Assembly (NCBI RefSeq): GCF_009914755.1 | Contig: NC_060928.1 | Length of the DNA stretch: 64,000 nt | Reading direction: 5' to 3' (one strand) | DNA from: the human T2T-CHM13v2.0 reference genome, Homo sapiens | Part shown: one piece after another, positions 1 to 17,243 of the stretch | Layout of the letters: the number at the start of each line of letters is the position of its first letter | Position numbering within the stretch: position 1 is the stretch's first letter | Position numbers and translations under genes: made by a program | Notes under the pieces: generated by a model | What the model saw: only the letters and a program-made list of their open reading frames with translations | Told to the model about the DNA's origin: nothing | Databases searched by the model: none

Positions 1-271
1 TAAGGGTTTGTTTCTAATTACTCCTTAAAGTTCTTCAACTTTTCTGTATTTGAAATTTTGGTCAGGGAGAAAACAGTTTCCCTCCGAAAAAAGAAAGTGA
101 AATCTCTGTGGCTGAAGCAAAAAAATTATAATTTGAAAAACTGGCCAGATTCTGAAGCTCAGTTCAGTTGACAAGTCTAAACTTTTTTCTTGAATGACCA
201 AAATTTCTCCCAGTAGGTCTTTCAGAAGGAAAGTCTAAATTACAGACATTAGTACTATGATAACCAAGTTC

Positions 272-676
272 TGTTAGTCCATTCTTGTGTTGCTATAAAG
301 AAACATCTGAAGCCGGGTAATTTATAAAGGAAAGAGATTTATTTTGGTGCATGGTTCCGCAGGTTGTACAGGAAGTGTGGTATCAGCATTTGCTTCTGGT
401 GAGGGCCTCAGGAACCTTACAATCATGGCGAAAGGTAAGGGGGAGTAGGCGCATCACATGGCAAGGTGGGCGGGGGAGGTGCCACATTTTTTTAAACAAC
501 CAGCATTCATGGGAACTGCCAGAGCAAGAACTCACCCTTTACCATGGGAATGGTATCAAGCCATTCAAGAGGGATCTGCCCCGATAACCCAAACATCTCT
601 CACCAGGCCCCACCTCCAACATTGGGGATTACATTTCAACATGAGATTTGGAGGGGCAAACATCCAAACTATACCA
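272..676 (-). mobile_element. MaLR LTR (MST-like)
   Basis: Reverse complement begins TGGTATAGTTTGGATGTTTGCCCCTCCAAATCTCATGTTGAAATGTAATCCCC, typical of MST; other end TTAGTCCATT..GTTGCTATAAAG. Confidence 0.85.
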
Positions 677-774
677 TGAGACTTTCTCTTTAAGAAGAAA
701 TCGACCACTAGAAACACCAGCTGAATTCATGTTTAATACTTACGTTGCCTCTTCATGCAAGTATTTAGAAAAAT

Positions 775-1822
775 ATGGGTCTCACATAACTTGAGATGAT
801 GACCCTGAGTTACAATGGTCAAAATGGGGTGCCTTGGAAATACCTAAACTAGTTTATCTGCATGCTCAATTGGAAAAACCCAGCTCTAAAATAAAACAAA
901 ATAACTGGGAGAGCTATTTTCAATGGAAAGTAGAAACTTTTTTAGAAGCTTCTAAATAAGTTTCTAGTAAAGGCATTTGTTTGCAAGTGGAAAACAAAGG
1001 ATTGTCTAAAACAATTTCTAAATTGAAAAAGACTGCTGAAATTTCTCCCCCTTTTTCAACTCTTCCTTCCCTTTTGTTGGAACATCCTTGTCTGGACTTT
1101 ACCTCCCCTTCCTCTTCCTCCTCTTTCTCCTGCTGTTCTGGTTCCATTTTGGGAACACCCTCTGTCCAGTACAGAAGAAACTGCCTTGGTTTATCAACTA
1201 TGGTAAAAATAGAACTTAAAGGGATAACTAAAGAATTCCCAGATCCTTTTCAGAACTCTGTTGGATTTGCTAGAGGTTTTGAATTAAACATTTGAGCTTA
1301 TGATCCAGGAATTTCTGATTTATATCAACAGGTTCACATTTTAGTGTCAGAAAATAAAGCCAAAGATTGGATAGCAAAGGCAAACTGGAGAAATCTTTTA
1401 AAGGACTTCCATAATTTTTTTGAAGCCGATAGCAAATGTGCTCACAATACTGTCAAAGCTTTAGTTGACTCTATCCCCTTAGTTTTCCAAAAAGTGGTTG
1501 ATTGGAACAAAATACAACACGCTGAAAAAATCCTGTTGATCACATAATGTCATACTACGGGAAATTTGAAAGAATGTTTAAACAATATTCAGGCCTATCA
1601 GAAGAAAGTTATGCTAACCATCAAAATGATACTCTCCTTAACTCAAACTTTATAAATGAATCAGATGAAGAAATGGCAACTATAATAAATAAACAATGCC
1701 CTGGTTGGGCTACCTCTCAAACTCATAATCTAGTTAATTTTGCCAATCCAATGTTCTATACTATAACCAAAGAAGAAAAGGAAAGGGAAGTTAAATCAAG
1801 AGGAAAAGTAAATAAGTCATGA
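775..1822 (+). pseudogene. Retroviral gag remnant (matrix- and capsid-like), with stops and frameshifts
   Basis: Peptides LQWSKWGALEIPKLVYL; ELKGITKEFPDPFQNSVGFARGFELNI*AYDPGISDLYQQVHILV; IPLVFQKVVDWNKIQ; YYGKFERMFKQYSGL resemble class I ERV Gag; split across ORFs 981, 1344 and 1547. Confidence 0.75.
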
Positions 1823-1846
1823 GTTTACAACTAAAACAATTGTCCA

Positions 1847-1982
1847 GACCAGGTGTGGGGGCTCATGCTTGTAATCCCAGCACTTTGGGAGGCCAAGGTA
1901 GGTGGATCACTTGAGTCCAGGGGTTCAAGATCAGCCTGTGTGACATGGCAAAATCCCATTTCTACAAAATAAAAATAAAAAT
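1847..1982 (+). mobile_element. Alu left monomer (FLAM/AluJ-like)
   Basis: Single Alu arm with A-rich tail, flanked by direct repeat AAACAATTGTCCA. Confidence 0.85.
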
Positions 1983-2296
1983 AAACAATTGTCCAATCAA
2001 TTTATAACCCCTACACAACCTAATAATTTCCCAAACTGACCCAAATGAACCACTTTTCAACTACTAAAAAAAGCCTGAACATTTCAGAAAGGATTGTATA
2101 ATACTCACATCTCCTTTCAAGAAGAGGGATATGCATTTAGAATTAGAATATAAAATAGAATTATTACGTTCCAAAAAATGTTCAAAACCTGATCATTTTA
2201 AATCATAAATTGCAATTCATATTGTCACAGAGGAAACTAAATTGGTAAATAATTAAAAATTATAAGAGCTGTTAAAAGTAGTATCTGATCTCACAG

Positions 2297-2626
<330 letters not shown>

Positions 2627-3003
2627 TTACTTTGTGCTGTGAGAGAGAACTTGACTTCAGTGTATGCAGTGTCTGACAAGCCACTGCAAAAGCTGCAGTT
2701 TGGGGAGTGGCTGACAATGGTCTCAGTGAATGCTTGTTAATGCAGAGTGCTACTTATTTCTTTGTGCACTTAGGTAAAAAGGCGGGTTTGAACATTTGGA
2801 GGTTGTGGGGACACTTGCCACCAAGAGATAAGACTCCTGACAGGGAAGGGCTGATCACAGAAGGGGCTGATCGGCATCATTTCACCCGCCAGCAACAAAG
2901 GAATGTCTTCATGGTGAAAGGCACTGTGGAAGCATTGCATGGCCCAGTCCCAGGGGATTTCCTTTTATTAGGGGACCTGGGATTGTAAAAGTGGGATCCT
3001 TGA

Positions 3004-3303
<300 letters not shown>

Positions 3304-4265
3304 AGAGATCCTTGATTTTTAAAGATCTAGATGTGCTGCATTCCAGCTGTGCCTGCTTTTCATATATTTAAATATTAGGCCCTGGTAACTGCAAAGGCTT
3401 TCTTTGTTTGCCTTGTTCATTAAAGGGCTCCACCTTGAAGTCAGTAATCTAATCAAGAGACAAATTAAGTGGAAAAGAACACCTATCTAACCAGATTGGT
3501 ATCCAAAATACAATGTTCTTAGCTGGCTATACTGAAACTTTTTGTAAAATAAATCTACATCTATAAAGGAAACCTCCATTTGTAAGGACATCTCCCTCAC
3601 TGTACCTAAACCACTAGAAACTTTTGGGAAAACATTAGTTTAAAGTTTACATGACAAATCTTGCCTTTATTTAAGATACTTAACATAGGCCTTTACCTAT
3701 GCCCTTCTTTGTCTCAGCAAATAATGGTGTTTACATCTAACTTCTGTGTCTTTAAATAAAAATTCTCACATAAGAGTCATGTCTTTAAAAGTACAAATTT
3801 AGGGTTGCCTAGCTAATATTGTTTAGAGCTTGATTGTTTATAGATGGTAGAAAAACCATTTGATAATTGGCCTAAAAAGGATGTTATGAAGCTGTAAAAT
3901 ATACTTCTGTGTGTATGTCTATATGTTTATAAGTGTCATGTATGTGATATTTCCTTACAAAGATATATGAAAAAGCTCTAATCATTGGCTTTTAAAAAGT
4001 AAACACTTAAATATTTAATCAGAAAAATAGAAACAAACTCAAATGCCTTTAGTTTACATGACTTGGGTAAATGCTTAGTAAATAAGACTAGTTTAATATT
4101 GTTGGTTTAATGAAAACAGCTGTGTCTTCTAATCAACAAACTATGCATGTATTTAACTTTAGGGTTCCTGCTTAGGTGGCAAATACCTAACATTCACAAG
4201 CTGTAAAAATGATTAACTAATAAATAGCTTGAGATAATAGCTAGCTTTGTTTAATGAACTATTCA

Positions 4266-4672
<407 letters not shown>

Positions 4673-4835
4673 TTAAAGTCATGTTGTGTTAAATTAAGTA
4701 ATAGATAATCATAAAATGTCTGAGTCATTTATATGATATAGAAAAGCTATATCTAAATCTGTTAATTAGAAAATTGAGGAAACATCTTTCTAAAAATTAT
4801 GAAATGGTTTAAATTTACAAATACAGGCATAAACT

Positions 4836-6170
4836 ATACACCAAAAATAAAATTCTAAGACCCCACCAACCAGCTGGACCCCTGCTTGGCTAAGGGCATT
4901 CTAAAGTAAACCTGATTGAATAGGAGAATACATAAGGGGAAAAATACATAAGGGTCCAGGTGTGGTGGCTCATGCCTGTAATCCCAGCACTTTGGGAGGC
5001 TGAGGCGGGCAGATCACCTGGGGTCAGGAGTTTGAGACTAGCCTGGCCAACATGAAACCCCATCTCTACTAAAAATACAAAAATTAGCTGGGCGTAGTGG
5101 TGGGTACCTGTAATTCCAACTACTCAGGAGGCTGAGGCACTATAATCGCTTGAACCCAGAAGGCGGAGGTTACAGTAAGCCGAGATCACGCCACTGCACT
5201 GCAGCCTGGGTGACAGAGCGAGATTCAGTCTCAAAAACAAACAAAAAAAAACAAAAAAAGGGGGAGAAATATTAAGGAGAAAGAGAGAGAGAGAAAAGAA
5301 AAGAAAAGAAAAGAAAAAAAAGAAAGGAGAAAAGAAAAGGCAATTTGGAATTCAGGCACAGCTGACCAGTATTAACATAAAAACAGAGACTTTAAGACTG
5401 ACAAAACAGACTTTTTGTGGTAACAAGACATCAGCATGACAGATAGCAGGCCCTGAAAGAAATTGAAGTATTTTACCCCAAAATATATTTCTTTTTTCTT
5501 TTCTTTTCTCTTTTTTTTTTTTTTTTTTTTTTGAGACAGGGTCTCACTCTGTCACCCAGGCTGGAGTGCAGTGGCGCAATCTTGGCTTACTACAACCTCC
5601 ACCTTCCAGGCTCAAGCAATCTTCCCACCCCAGCCTCTCTAGTAGCTGGGGCCAAAAGACATGCTCCACCACACCTGAATAATTTTTTTTTTTTTTTTTT
5701 TTTTTGTAGAGATGGGTTTTGCCATGTTGCCCAGGCTGGTCTTGAACTCCTGAGCTCAGGAGATCCACCTGCCTCAACCTCCCAAAGTAATGGGAGTACA
5801 GGCATGAGCCACCATACATGACCTCCCAAAATATATTTCTTTGACATATTTTGAAATGGCACTGCAAAGCTATCTCTTGTACAAAAAATATATCTTCTGT
5901 CAAGAACCCCTTTCCCTTTCCAGGTCTTCTTTCTGATCCAGGAGTGAATTAACAGAGTTTGGCACCTTAAAGAAACACAATCTATTTATTTTAAAGCCTG
6001 CTACCTGGAGACTTCATCTGCATTATAAGATCCTTGGTCTGCACGACCCCTTACCTTAGCCCAGATACTCTCTTCTACTGATTTCAGGTCTTTCATTAAG
6101 ATCTCCCAACCAACTGCCAATCAGAAAACCTTTGAATCCACCTATGACCAGGAAACCTCTTCTTTGAGTT
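4836..6170 (+). mobile_element. ERV1 LTR (LOR1-like), interrupted by two Alus (4953-5260 +, 5495-5820 -)
   Basis: Starts ..ACCAAAAATAAAATTCTAAGACCCCACCAACC..; the minus Alu has TSD CCCAAAATATATTTCTTT. Family name is from memory of the consensus. Confidence 0.6.
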
Positions 6171-7641
6171 GCATGAGGGGGAACTTTATGTGTTCAAAAT
6201 GACAATAGGAAAAAAAAGTAAATTTTTGTCCTAAGGTAAGATGCCAATATAAAAAGGAAATACAGGACAAAACTGGCGCCTTAAGCAAATTTTAGAAAAT
6301 CTGTGGAAAACTCATCTTGTGAAAGGAATTTTGTTTGTGATCAAGTTGGCTAAAATTAGAATTATTTTTCTAAAAATTGAGCCATAGGAGCACTAATGGG
6401 CATAGAGACTGCCAGGCCCGTACCCACCAGTGCCCTGTCCCCATGACAACATTGCTGCCAGTGCAAAACTGTGCGGGAGACCACTAGACCCATCCCCACC
6501 CCCAGCAGCAGCTGCCGGCTGCACAGAGGGTACACAGAGTTTCATGCCTACCAGCACCCACCCTTGTGCTAACACCAGCCCTGGAGCAAACACATGCACA
6601 GACACTGGGGGGACCCCTGGCTGGCCACACTATCCTGCCACCATCACCACTGTGAACACCCACACAGAAGTTGGCACCCCTGAACCTACCAGCACCTCAC
6701 TGCAGAATGAGTGTGCACCCTGCCATGCTACCCATACTGCTGGCACATGCAAACAAGGATGGATCCCATTGCCACTTCCCTACAAAGTTCTGTGGCTGGC
6801 ACCACCCATCAGACTCTTGTGAACACTGCTTCAGGAACAACTTGGCCCTTCCAGCATGGCAGGTTCCTAACTTCCAGGGACCACAGAACAAAGCCAGAGG
6901 TCTGAAATCAACACCCCAGAGTTAGAACACACAGTCCAGGAGTTCTGAGCTGAGCCTTGGTTCCCTAAAATCCTCCAGAAACAAACCCAGTCAATTGAAC
7001 CCACCTTATACCACAATTAAATCTCCCAGAACATAAAATGGAATTAAAGAAAAAAAAACTTATCTAAAAGTCAGCAACTACAAAGATTGAAGGAATATTA
7101 GCCCACAAAGATGAGAAAGAACCAGTGCAAAAACTCTGGCAACTCAAAAAGCCATAGTGTCTTGTTACCTCCAAAGGATTGGACTAGTTCCCAAACAGGC
7201 TGAGATGGCCAAAATTACAGAAATAGAATTCAGATTCTGGACAGAAATGAAGATTATTGAGATACAGGAGAAGGTTGAAATCTAATCAAAGGAATCTAAG
7301 GATTACAATAAACTGAACAGGAACTTATAGACAAAATGGCCATTAGAACAAAGAACCAAATTTATCTGGTAGAGCTGTAAAACATTCTATGAGAATTTCA
7401 CAATGCAATCCCAAGTATTAACAGCAGAACCGACCAAGCTAAGGAAAGAATCTCAGAGCTTGAAGACCTCTTTGAAGACCTCTGAAATAACTCTATCAGA
7501 GTAAAAGAGAGGAAAAACAATAAACAAGAAGGAACAACCTCTGAGTAATATAGAATTATGTAAAGAGACCCAATATATAACTCATTGATGTGCCTGAGAA
7601 ACAGGGAGGGAAACCAAGCAACTTTGAAAAACATATTTCAG

Positions 7642-7990
<349 letters not shown>

Positions 7991-10032
7991 TCAAATTCAG
8001 AAAATACAGAGAACCCCTGCAAAACACTACATAAAAAGACCATCCCCAAGACACATAGCCATCAGATTCTCTATGGTTGAAATAAAAGAAAAAAAAGCAG
8101 CTGGAGAGAAGGAGCAGGTCGCCTACAAAGAGAACCCCATAAGACTAACAGCACACCTGTTAGCAGAAACCCTACAAGCCAGAAGAGATTGGGGGTCTAT
8201 ATTCAGCATTCCCAAAGAAAAGAATTTTCAACCAAGAATCTCATATGTGGCCAAACTAAGCTTTATAAGTGAAGGAGAAATAAGATCCTTTTCAGACAAG
8301 CAAATGCTAAGGGAATTTTTTATCATCAGACTTGCCTTACAAGACATTTTGAAGGGTGTGCTAAATATGGAAAGGAAAGATTGTTACAAGTTGCTAAAAA
8401 ACACATTTAAATACATAAACCAGTGACACTATAAAGCAACCACACAAACAACTCTGCATAATAACCAGCTAACAACATGATAACAGGACCAAATCCACAC
8501 ACATTAATACTAACCTTGAATGTAAACTGGCTAAATACCCCAATTAAAAGGCACAGAGTGGCAAGCTGGATAAAGAAGCAAAACCCAATTGTATGCTGTC
8601 TTCAAGAGACCCATCTCACATGCAATGACACCAATGACATCCCTTCAAAGTAAAGGCATGGAGAAAAACTCTACCAAGCAAATGAAAAACAGAAAAAAAA
8701 TGAGAGGTTGCTATTCTAATTTCAGACAAAATAGACTTTAAACTAACAAAGATAAGAAAAAGACAAAGAATGCATTACATAATGGTAAAGGGCTCAATTC
8801 CACAAGAAGATCTAACTGTCTTAAATATATACTCACTCAGCACAGGATTGCCCAGACACATAAAGCAAGTTCTCAGAGACAACTGAAGAGATTTAGATAA
8901 CCACACAATAATAGTGGAAGACATTAATACCCAACTGACAGTATTAGATGGATCACTGAGGCAGAAAACTAACAAATATATTCAGGACCTTAACACTTGA
9001 CAAAATGGACCAAATAGACATCTACAGAACTCTCCACCTGAAAACAACAAAATATATATTCTTCTAATCTGTACATGGCACATCCTATAAAATCAACCAC
9101 ACAGTTGGGCATGAAACAACCTTCAGCAACTACAAAAATACCAAAGTCATACCAACCATGCACTCAGACAACAGTTCAATAAAAATAGAAATCAATACTA
9201 AGAAAATCATTCAAAACCATACAATTAAACAAAAATTATACAACCTGCTCCTGAATGACTTTTGGGGAAATAATGAAATTAGAGCTGACATCAAGAAATT
9301 CTTAGAAACTAGTAAGAACAAAGATACAATGTACCAGAATCTCTGAGACACATCCAACACAGTGTTAAGAGGAACGTTTGTGTAAGTAAATGTCCACTTC
9401 CAAAAGTTAGTTCTCAAATTAACAACCTGACATAAAGTCTATAGAAGCAAGAGAAACAAAAGCATACTAACCCCAAAGCTAGGAGAAAACAAGGAATAAC
9501 CAAAATCAGAGATGAAATGAAGGAAATTTAGATGCAAAAAATAAATAAATAAAAATAAAAAGATCCATGAATCCAGGCGCTTATCTGAAAGAATTAATAA
9601 GATTGATAGCTTGGTAGCTAGACTAATTAATAAAAGAGAGAAGACTCAGATAAATACAATCAGAATTGACAAAGGGGATGTTATCACTGAACCCACAGAA
9701 ATTACAAAAATACCCTCAGAGACTATTACAAACACCTGTATGCATACAAACTAGAAAACCTAGAAGAAATGGATAAATTCCCGGAAACATAAAATCTCCC
9801 AAGGTTAAACTAGAAAGAGACTGAATCCTTGAACAGACCAATAATGAGTTCCAAAAGTGAATTTAGTATTAAAAGGCTAACAACCAGAAAAAGGCCAGGA
9901 CCAGATGGATTCACAGCCTAATTCTACCAGATGTACAAAGAAGAGCTGGCACTATTTCTACTGAAACTATTCCAAAAAACTGAGGAGGAGAGACTCATTT
10001 CTAACTCGCTCTATAAGGTCAGCATCATCTGA

Positions 10033-10128
<96 letters not shown>

Positions 10129-10262
10129 TGAATCCAGCTGCACTTCAGAAAGCTAATCCACCACAATCAAGTAGGCTTTATCCGTAGGATACAAGCTTGG
10201 TTCAACATACATAAATCAATAAATGTTATTCACCACATACACAGAACTAAAAACAAAACCAT

Positions 10263-10915
10263 GGCTGGGTGCAGTGGCTTATGCCTGTAATCCCAGCACT
10301 TTGGGAGGCCAAGGTGGGAGGACCACTTGAGCCCAGGGGTTTGAGATCAGCCTGGGCAACATGGTGAAACTCCATCTCTACAAAAAATACAAAAGTTAGC
10401 AGGGTATGGTGGCATGCACCTGGAGCTGGAGAGAAGGAGCTCACCTACCAAGAGAACCCCATAAGGCTAACAGCACATCTGTTAGCAGAAATCCTACAAG
10501 CCTATTATCATTTCCCCAGAAGTCATTTCCCAGTCATCCCCCAGAATCATTTCCTCAGTTACTCAGCAGGCTGAGAGGGGAGGATTCTCTGACTGGGAGG
10601 TTGAGGCTGCGGTGAGCTGTGATCACATCACTATGCTCCAGCCTGGGCAACAGAGTGAGACCCTATCTCAAAAACAACAGAAAAACAGGCCAAGCATGGT
10701 GGCTCACACCTGTAATCCCAACACTTTGGGAGGCCGAGGCAGGCAGATCACAAGGTCAGGAGTTTGAGGCCAGCCTGGCCAACATAGTGAAACCCCATCT
10801 CTAATAAAAATACAAAAAACTAGCAGAGGTTGCAGTGAGCTGAGATCGTGCCACTGCACTCCAGCCCAGTTCAAGACTCTGTCTCAAAAAAACAAAACAA
10901 AACAAAACAAACAAA
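10263..10915 (+). mobile_element. Two tandem Alus in L1 ORF2 (first carries a ~135-bp foreign insert, second is internally deleted)
   Basis: Alu arms at 10263-10685 and 10688-10915; (AAAAC)n tail. Confidence 0.85.
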
Positions 10916-11008
10916 TAAAAAAACAGAAAAACAAAATCCATGATCATCTCAAGAGATACAGAAAAGGCTTTTGACAAAATTCAACATCCCTTCATGTTAA
11001 AAAATCGT

Positions 11009-11300
11009 TGCTGGGTGGGGTGGCTCACGCCTGTAATCCCACCACTTTGGGAGGCTGAGGCGGGCAGATCACGAGGTCAGGAGTTCAAGACAAGCCTGAC
11101 CAACATAGTGAAACCACGTCTCTACTAAAAATATAAAAATTAGCTGGGCATGATGGCGTGTGCCTGTAATCCCAGCTATTGGGAGGCTGAGGCCGGAGAA
11201 TTGCTTGAACCTGGGAACGGAGGTTGCAGTGAAATGAGATCGCGCCACTGCACTCCAGCCTAGGCAACAGAGCAAGACTCTGTCTCAAAAAAAAAAAAAA
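11009..11300 (+). mobile_element. Alu (AluS-like)
   Basis: Dimeric Alu with poly(A). Confidence 0.9.
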
Positions 11301-11749
11301 AGGGAAAGAAAAAAAACCTCAACAAACTAGGCATTGAAGGAACATACTTCAAAATAATAGCAGTCCTCTATGAAAAACCCACAATCAACATCATACTGGC
11401 AAAATATGGAAGCATTCCCCTTGACAACTGGCACAAGACAAGGATGCCCTCTCTCACTACTCCTATTCAACACAGTACTGGAAGTCCTAGACAGAGCAAT
11501 CACGTAAGAGAAACAAATAAAAGGCAGCCAAATAGGAAGAGAGAAAGTGAAACTATCTCTGTTTGTAGACAATATGATTCCATACTTAGAAAACCCGATA
11601 GTCTCTGCCCAAAACACAACTTTACCAAAATCTCAGGATACAAAATCAATGTACAGAAATTATTAGCATTCACATACACAAACTGGGAGCCAAATAATGA
11701 ATGCAGTCCCATTCACAATCACCACATAAAAAATAAAATTTCTAGGAAT

Positions 11750-12130
<381 letters not shown>

Positions 12131-13377
12131 TCAAAGAAATCCTAGATGTCATAAACAAATGGAAAAACATTTCATGCTCATGGATAGGAAGAATCAATAT
12201 TGTCAAAATGGTTATACCGCTCAGAGCTATTTATAGACTCGATGCTATTCCTATCAAACTACAAATGACATTGTTCACAGAATTAGAAAAAAAAATGTTA
12301 AATTTCTTATGGAACTAAAAAAGAATTCAAATAGCCAAGGCCATACTAAGCAAAAACAAACAAAACAAAACAAAACAAAACAAAAAGTGGTATTCATCAC
12401 ATTACCCGACTTCAAACTATACTACAAGGATAGAGAGCCCAGGAATAATGCCACACACCTACAATAATCTGGTCTTTGACAAAATCAACAAAAGCAAGCA
12501 ATGAAGAAAGGACTTTCTATTCAATAAGTGGTGCTGAGGTAACTGGCTAGCCATATGGAAAAGACTGAAACTGGACCCCTTCCTTACACCATATACAAAA
12601 ATTAAGTCAGGATGAATTAAAGACTTTAATCTAGAACACATAACTATAAAAACCCTGGAAGATAACCTAGGAAATACCATTCTGAACCTAGGACCTGGCA
12701 AAGATTTCATGATGAAGACATCAAAAGCAATTGCAACAAAAACAAAAATTGATAAATGAAACCTAATGAAACTAAAGAGTTTCTGCACAGCAAAAGAACC
12801 TATCAAGAAAGAGTAAACAGACAACCTATACAATGGGAGAAAATATTTGCAAACTATCCATCCAACATAGGTGTTATATCCAGAATCTATAAAGAACTTA
12901 AATTTACAAGCAAAAACAACCCCACTAAAAAGTGGCCAAATGTCATTAACAGATGCTTTTCGAAAGACATGCTGCCAACAATCATATAAAAAAATGGCTC
13001 AACTTCATTAATCATTAGAGAAATGCAAACCAAAACCACAATAAGATACCATCTCACACCAGTTATACTGGCTATTAATAAAGTAAAAAAAAAAAAAAGA
13101 TGCTGGTGAGGTTGTAGAGAAAAAGGAATGCTTATGCACTGCTGGCAGGAATGTAGACTTGTTCATTCACTGCTGAAAGCAGTTTGGCAATTTCTCAAAG
13201 AACTTAAAACAGAACTACCATTTGACCAGCAATTCCATTACTGGGCATATACCCAAAGGAATTATAAATCATTCTACTGTAAAGACACATGCATGTGCAT
13301 GTTCAACTCGGCAGCATAGCAAAGACATGGAATCAACCTAAATGCCCATCAGTGGTACACTGTATAAAAAACATGTG

Positions 13378-13380
<3 letters not shown>

Positions 13381-13428
<48 letters not shown>
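13381..13428. repeat. (CA)n microsatellite
   Basis: About 24 perfect CA units in the L1 3' UTR. Confidence 0.97.
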
Positions 13429-13433
<5 letters not shown>

Positions 13434-15062
13434 TACTATGCATCCATAAAAAAGAATGAGATCATGTCCTCTGTAGCAACATGGATGGAGCTAGAGGCCA
13501 TTATCCTAAGCAAACTAATGCAGGAACAGAAAACCAAATATCACATGTTCTCACATGTAAGTGGGAGCTAAACATTGAGTACATATGGACGCAAGGCACG
13601 GAACAAGAGACACTGGGGCCTACTTGATGTTGGAGGGTGGGAGGGGGGTGAGGATTGAAAAACTACCTATAGGGTACTATGTTTATTACCTAGGTGGCAA
13701 AATAATGTGTACACCAAACCCCTGTGACATGCAATTTACCTATGTAACAAACCTGCACATGTACCCCCAAACCTAAAATAAAAAATTTTAAAAAACAGGA
13801 AAAAAAAATTATTTTGCTGAGCCCTAACAAAAAATAAACAAAAGTCAGAAGGGTCATAAGTGTCTAATCACTCAACAAAACTAGCATCACTATCTTCAGA
13901 TCACAAAAAGATGATAAACTCAACACTGATTTTACTTTTCCAGAGAGCATAAGTTCAGCTCCACTACAAGGAATCTTTTTTCACTGTTGTATATCTTCAA
14001 TTATTTAAAAAGGTTAGCTTCCCATTCCAGTAGATATAGCTGAAAAAAAAAATATTAGTCTTCCTATAACTTCTTCAATCCTATGGGACCCTCTGATATA
14101 TAAAAGGATAATTTCCCTCTTCTATAGAATAATATATCCACAAGTATATATATATATTCTTGCACACAGATCATGTTCATCAACACCTTAAATGTTTAGT
14201 GTCATGGAAGAATTTGGCATCAAAATTTGTGTATGTTAATTTATTAAGAAAAATATTTTTAAATAAAATGGAAATTCAGCATCCTAAATAGAGTATTCTA
14301 AATGTAATTTATATTTTGTTCTGTGGCTTTAGGTTATCACCATTATTGAAATAAATTTTTGTATTGTGCTCTCATTAAAAAATAATAAAATAAAAATTGA
14401 GCAAATTGATTCAAGACCAGAGTCTAGGACCCTATGTAAAACAACACAGTTTTCTTAGAGAATTGATCTGGTCTTTAATAGATAATTGTTAAGAGGTTAT
14501 AAAATGTTTATAGAAATCTCATCTTGTGTGGCCAAAGCTGTTAGATTGGATGAATTTGTTTATCAGGCTTTATTAAAATTAGCTTTATTGTTATTAATAT
14601 ACTAATATGAAAGTAAAATTTGATTTTCTCCTTCGAACAAGAATTTCACATAGTATTAATAAGACATTGTAACATATTTATTTACCTTTTGAGTAAACTG
14701 CAAAAAAAAGTAGAGGAAGACTTTGCCTCATGCTGCCTTTTTTTTTCTTTTCTTGACTGGAAATGGTCTCCTCTCTATCAGAGTAAAAGTTTTTGCTTTT
14801 TGAAATATGTTAATTATCATTTTGGGTAAATGAATGATTATTTTTTACAGTGACCTGTGATTCTATTTTGATCATATGTTTTAAACTGTTCTTATTTTAA
14901 TATCAAATACTAAACCTTTAATATTTGACATACTTCCCAAAATTAAATTTTGAATTCTAAAATTAAGTCTTTTTGACCTGAACTAACTTGCACTTAACAA
15001 ACAGGAACTCCTGAAAATCCTCAAGAGACATGTTAGGCTTATTTGGTATGTTAAACTCATAG

Positions 15063-15503
<441 letters not shown>

Positions 15504-16507
15504 CTATCAGTCCTATTTATAATTATTATGTTAAATTGTTGTATGCCACAGAAACAGTAGAATTGCATTTTCAATTGCATCTTTAACCATGGCTATTCTA
15601 AGTCTTTTTTCATTCACAATCATTGCTTTACTTTTATTCTACTAAAAAAGTGGTTTATAATAGATTATAGTCTATATTTGCTTCTTCAAGTGAATTCACT
15701 TCTTTTTTTGTTTCTTCAAGTAAATTCAGTGAAAAGAGCCCTGACAAGTACCCTTGAGAACAGGCTTCTGATAACTTTAGAGATCATACCATTAGACCAA
15801 GTCAAAATTTCCAGAACTCTAATAAAAAGCTTATGTGTTCATGAAATTGCTAACAAAACATCAGGCAGAATAAGAATTATTACATGGTACTGACTTGATA
15901 GAGGACTAAAATTACTTTTATGACATTTTTTGTTTGAAACATTCCTGGTTCTTTTTATATTTCATTTTCTAGAGTCAAGAAAACATTTTTCTTTTCAGTT
16001 ATTTATAGCTCACAGCAATTGACTAAAGTATACTTTTGTAAGCAAAATTGAAACAATTACCTTTCTGTCTACCTGATTTTTCCAAAATTTGGAAACTATT
16101 GGTGACTATTCCTATTTTATGGAAATATAATTATTTGAATAGGTTCAATAAAAATATGTTTTCTTTTGTAACAGGACATGTTAGATGAACTGGTAATTTT
16201 ACTAAGGCTTGACGGGAATGGCATGTTTTACATATGACCAGACTGCTTTGAGGAATTGAAACTGATTTTATATAGCTGCTAAAAAGCTGTTGGAAAGACT
16301 GGCCAGGTACCTTGTCTACACTGTTTCTGACCTTGTGGTAAATGAATAATATCACTTTCTGAAGATCCGGGAACCTCAAGATATTTTTGAGACCTTGAGA
16401 AGAGAGGAATTCACCCAATTCATACAGGTACTACACGCACAGTCTGATGGTAAATCCCTGGCTTGGTATCCTAACTTCAAGAAGCTTTTAAAAGTTTAAT
16501 CTTAAGT

Positions 16508-17243
<736 letters not shown>

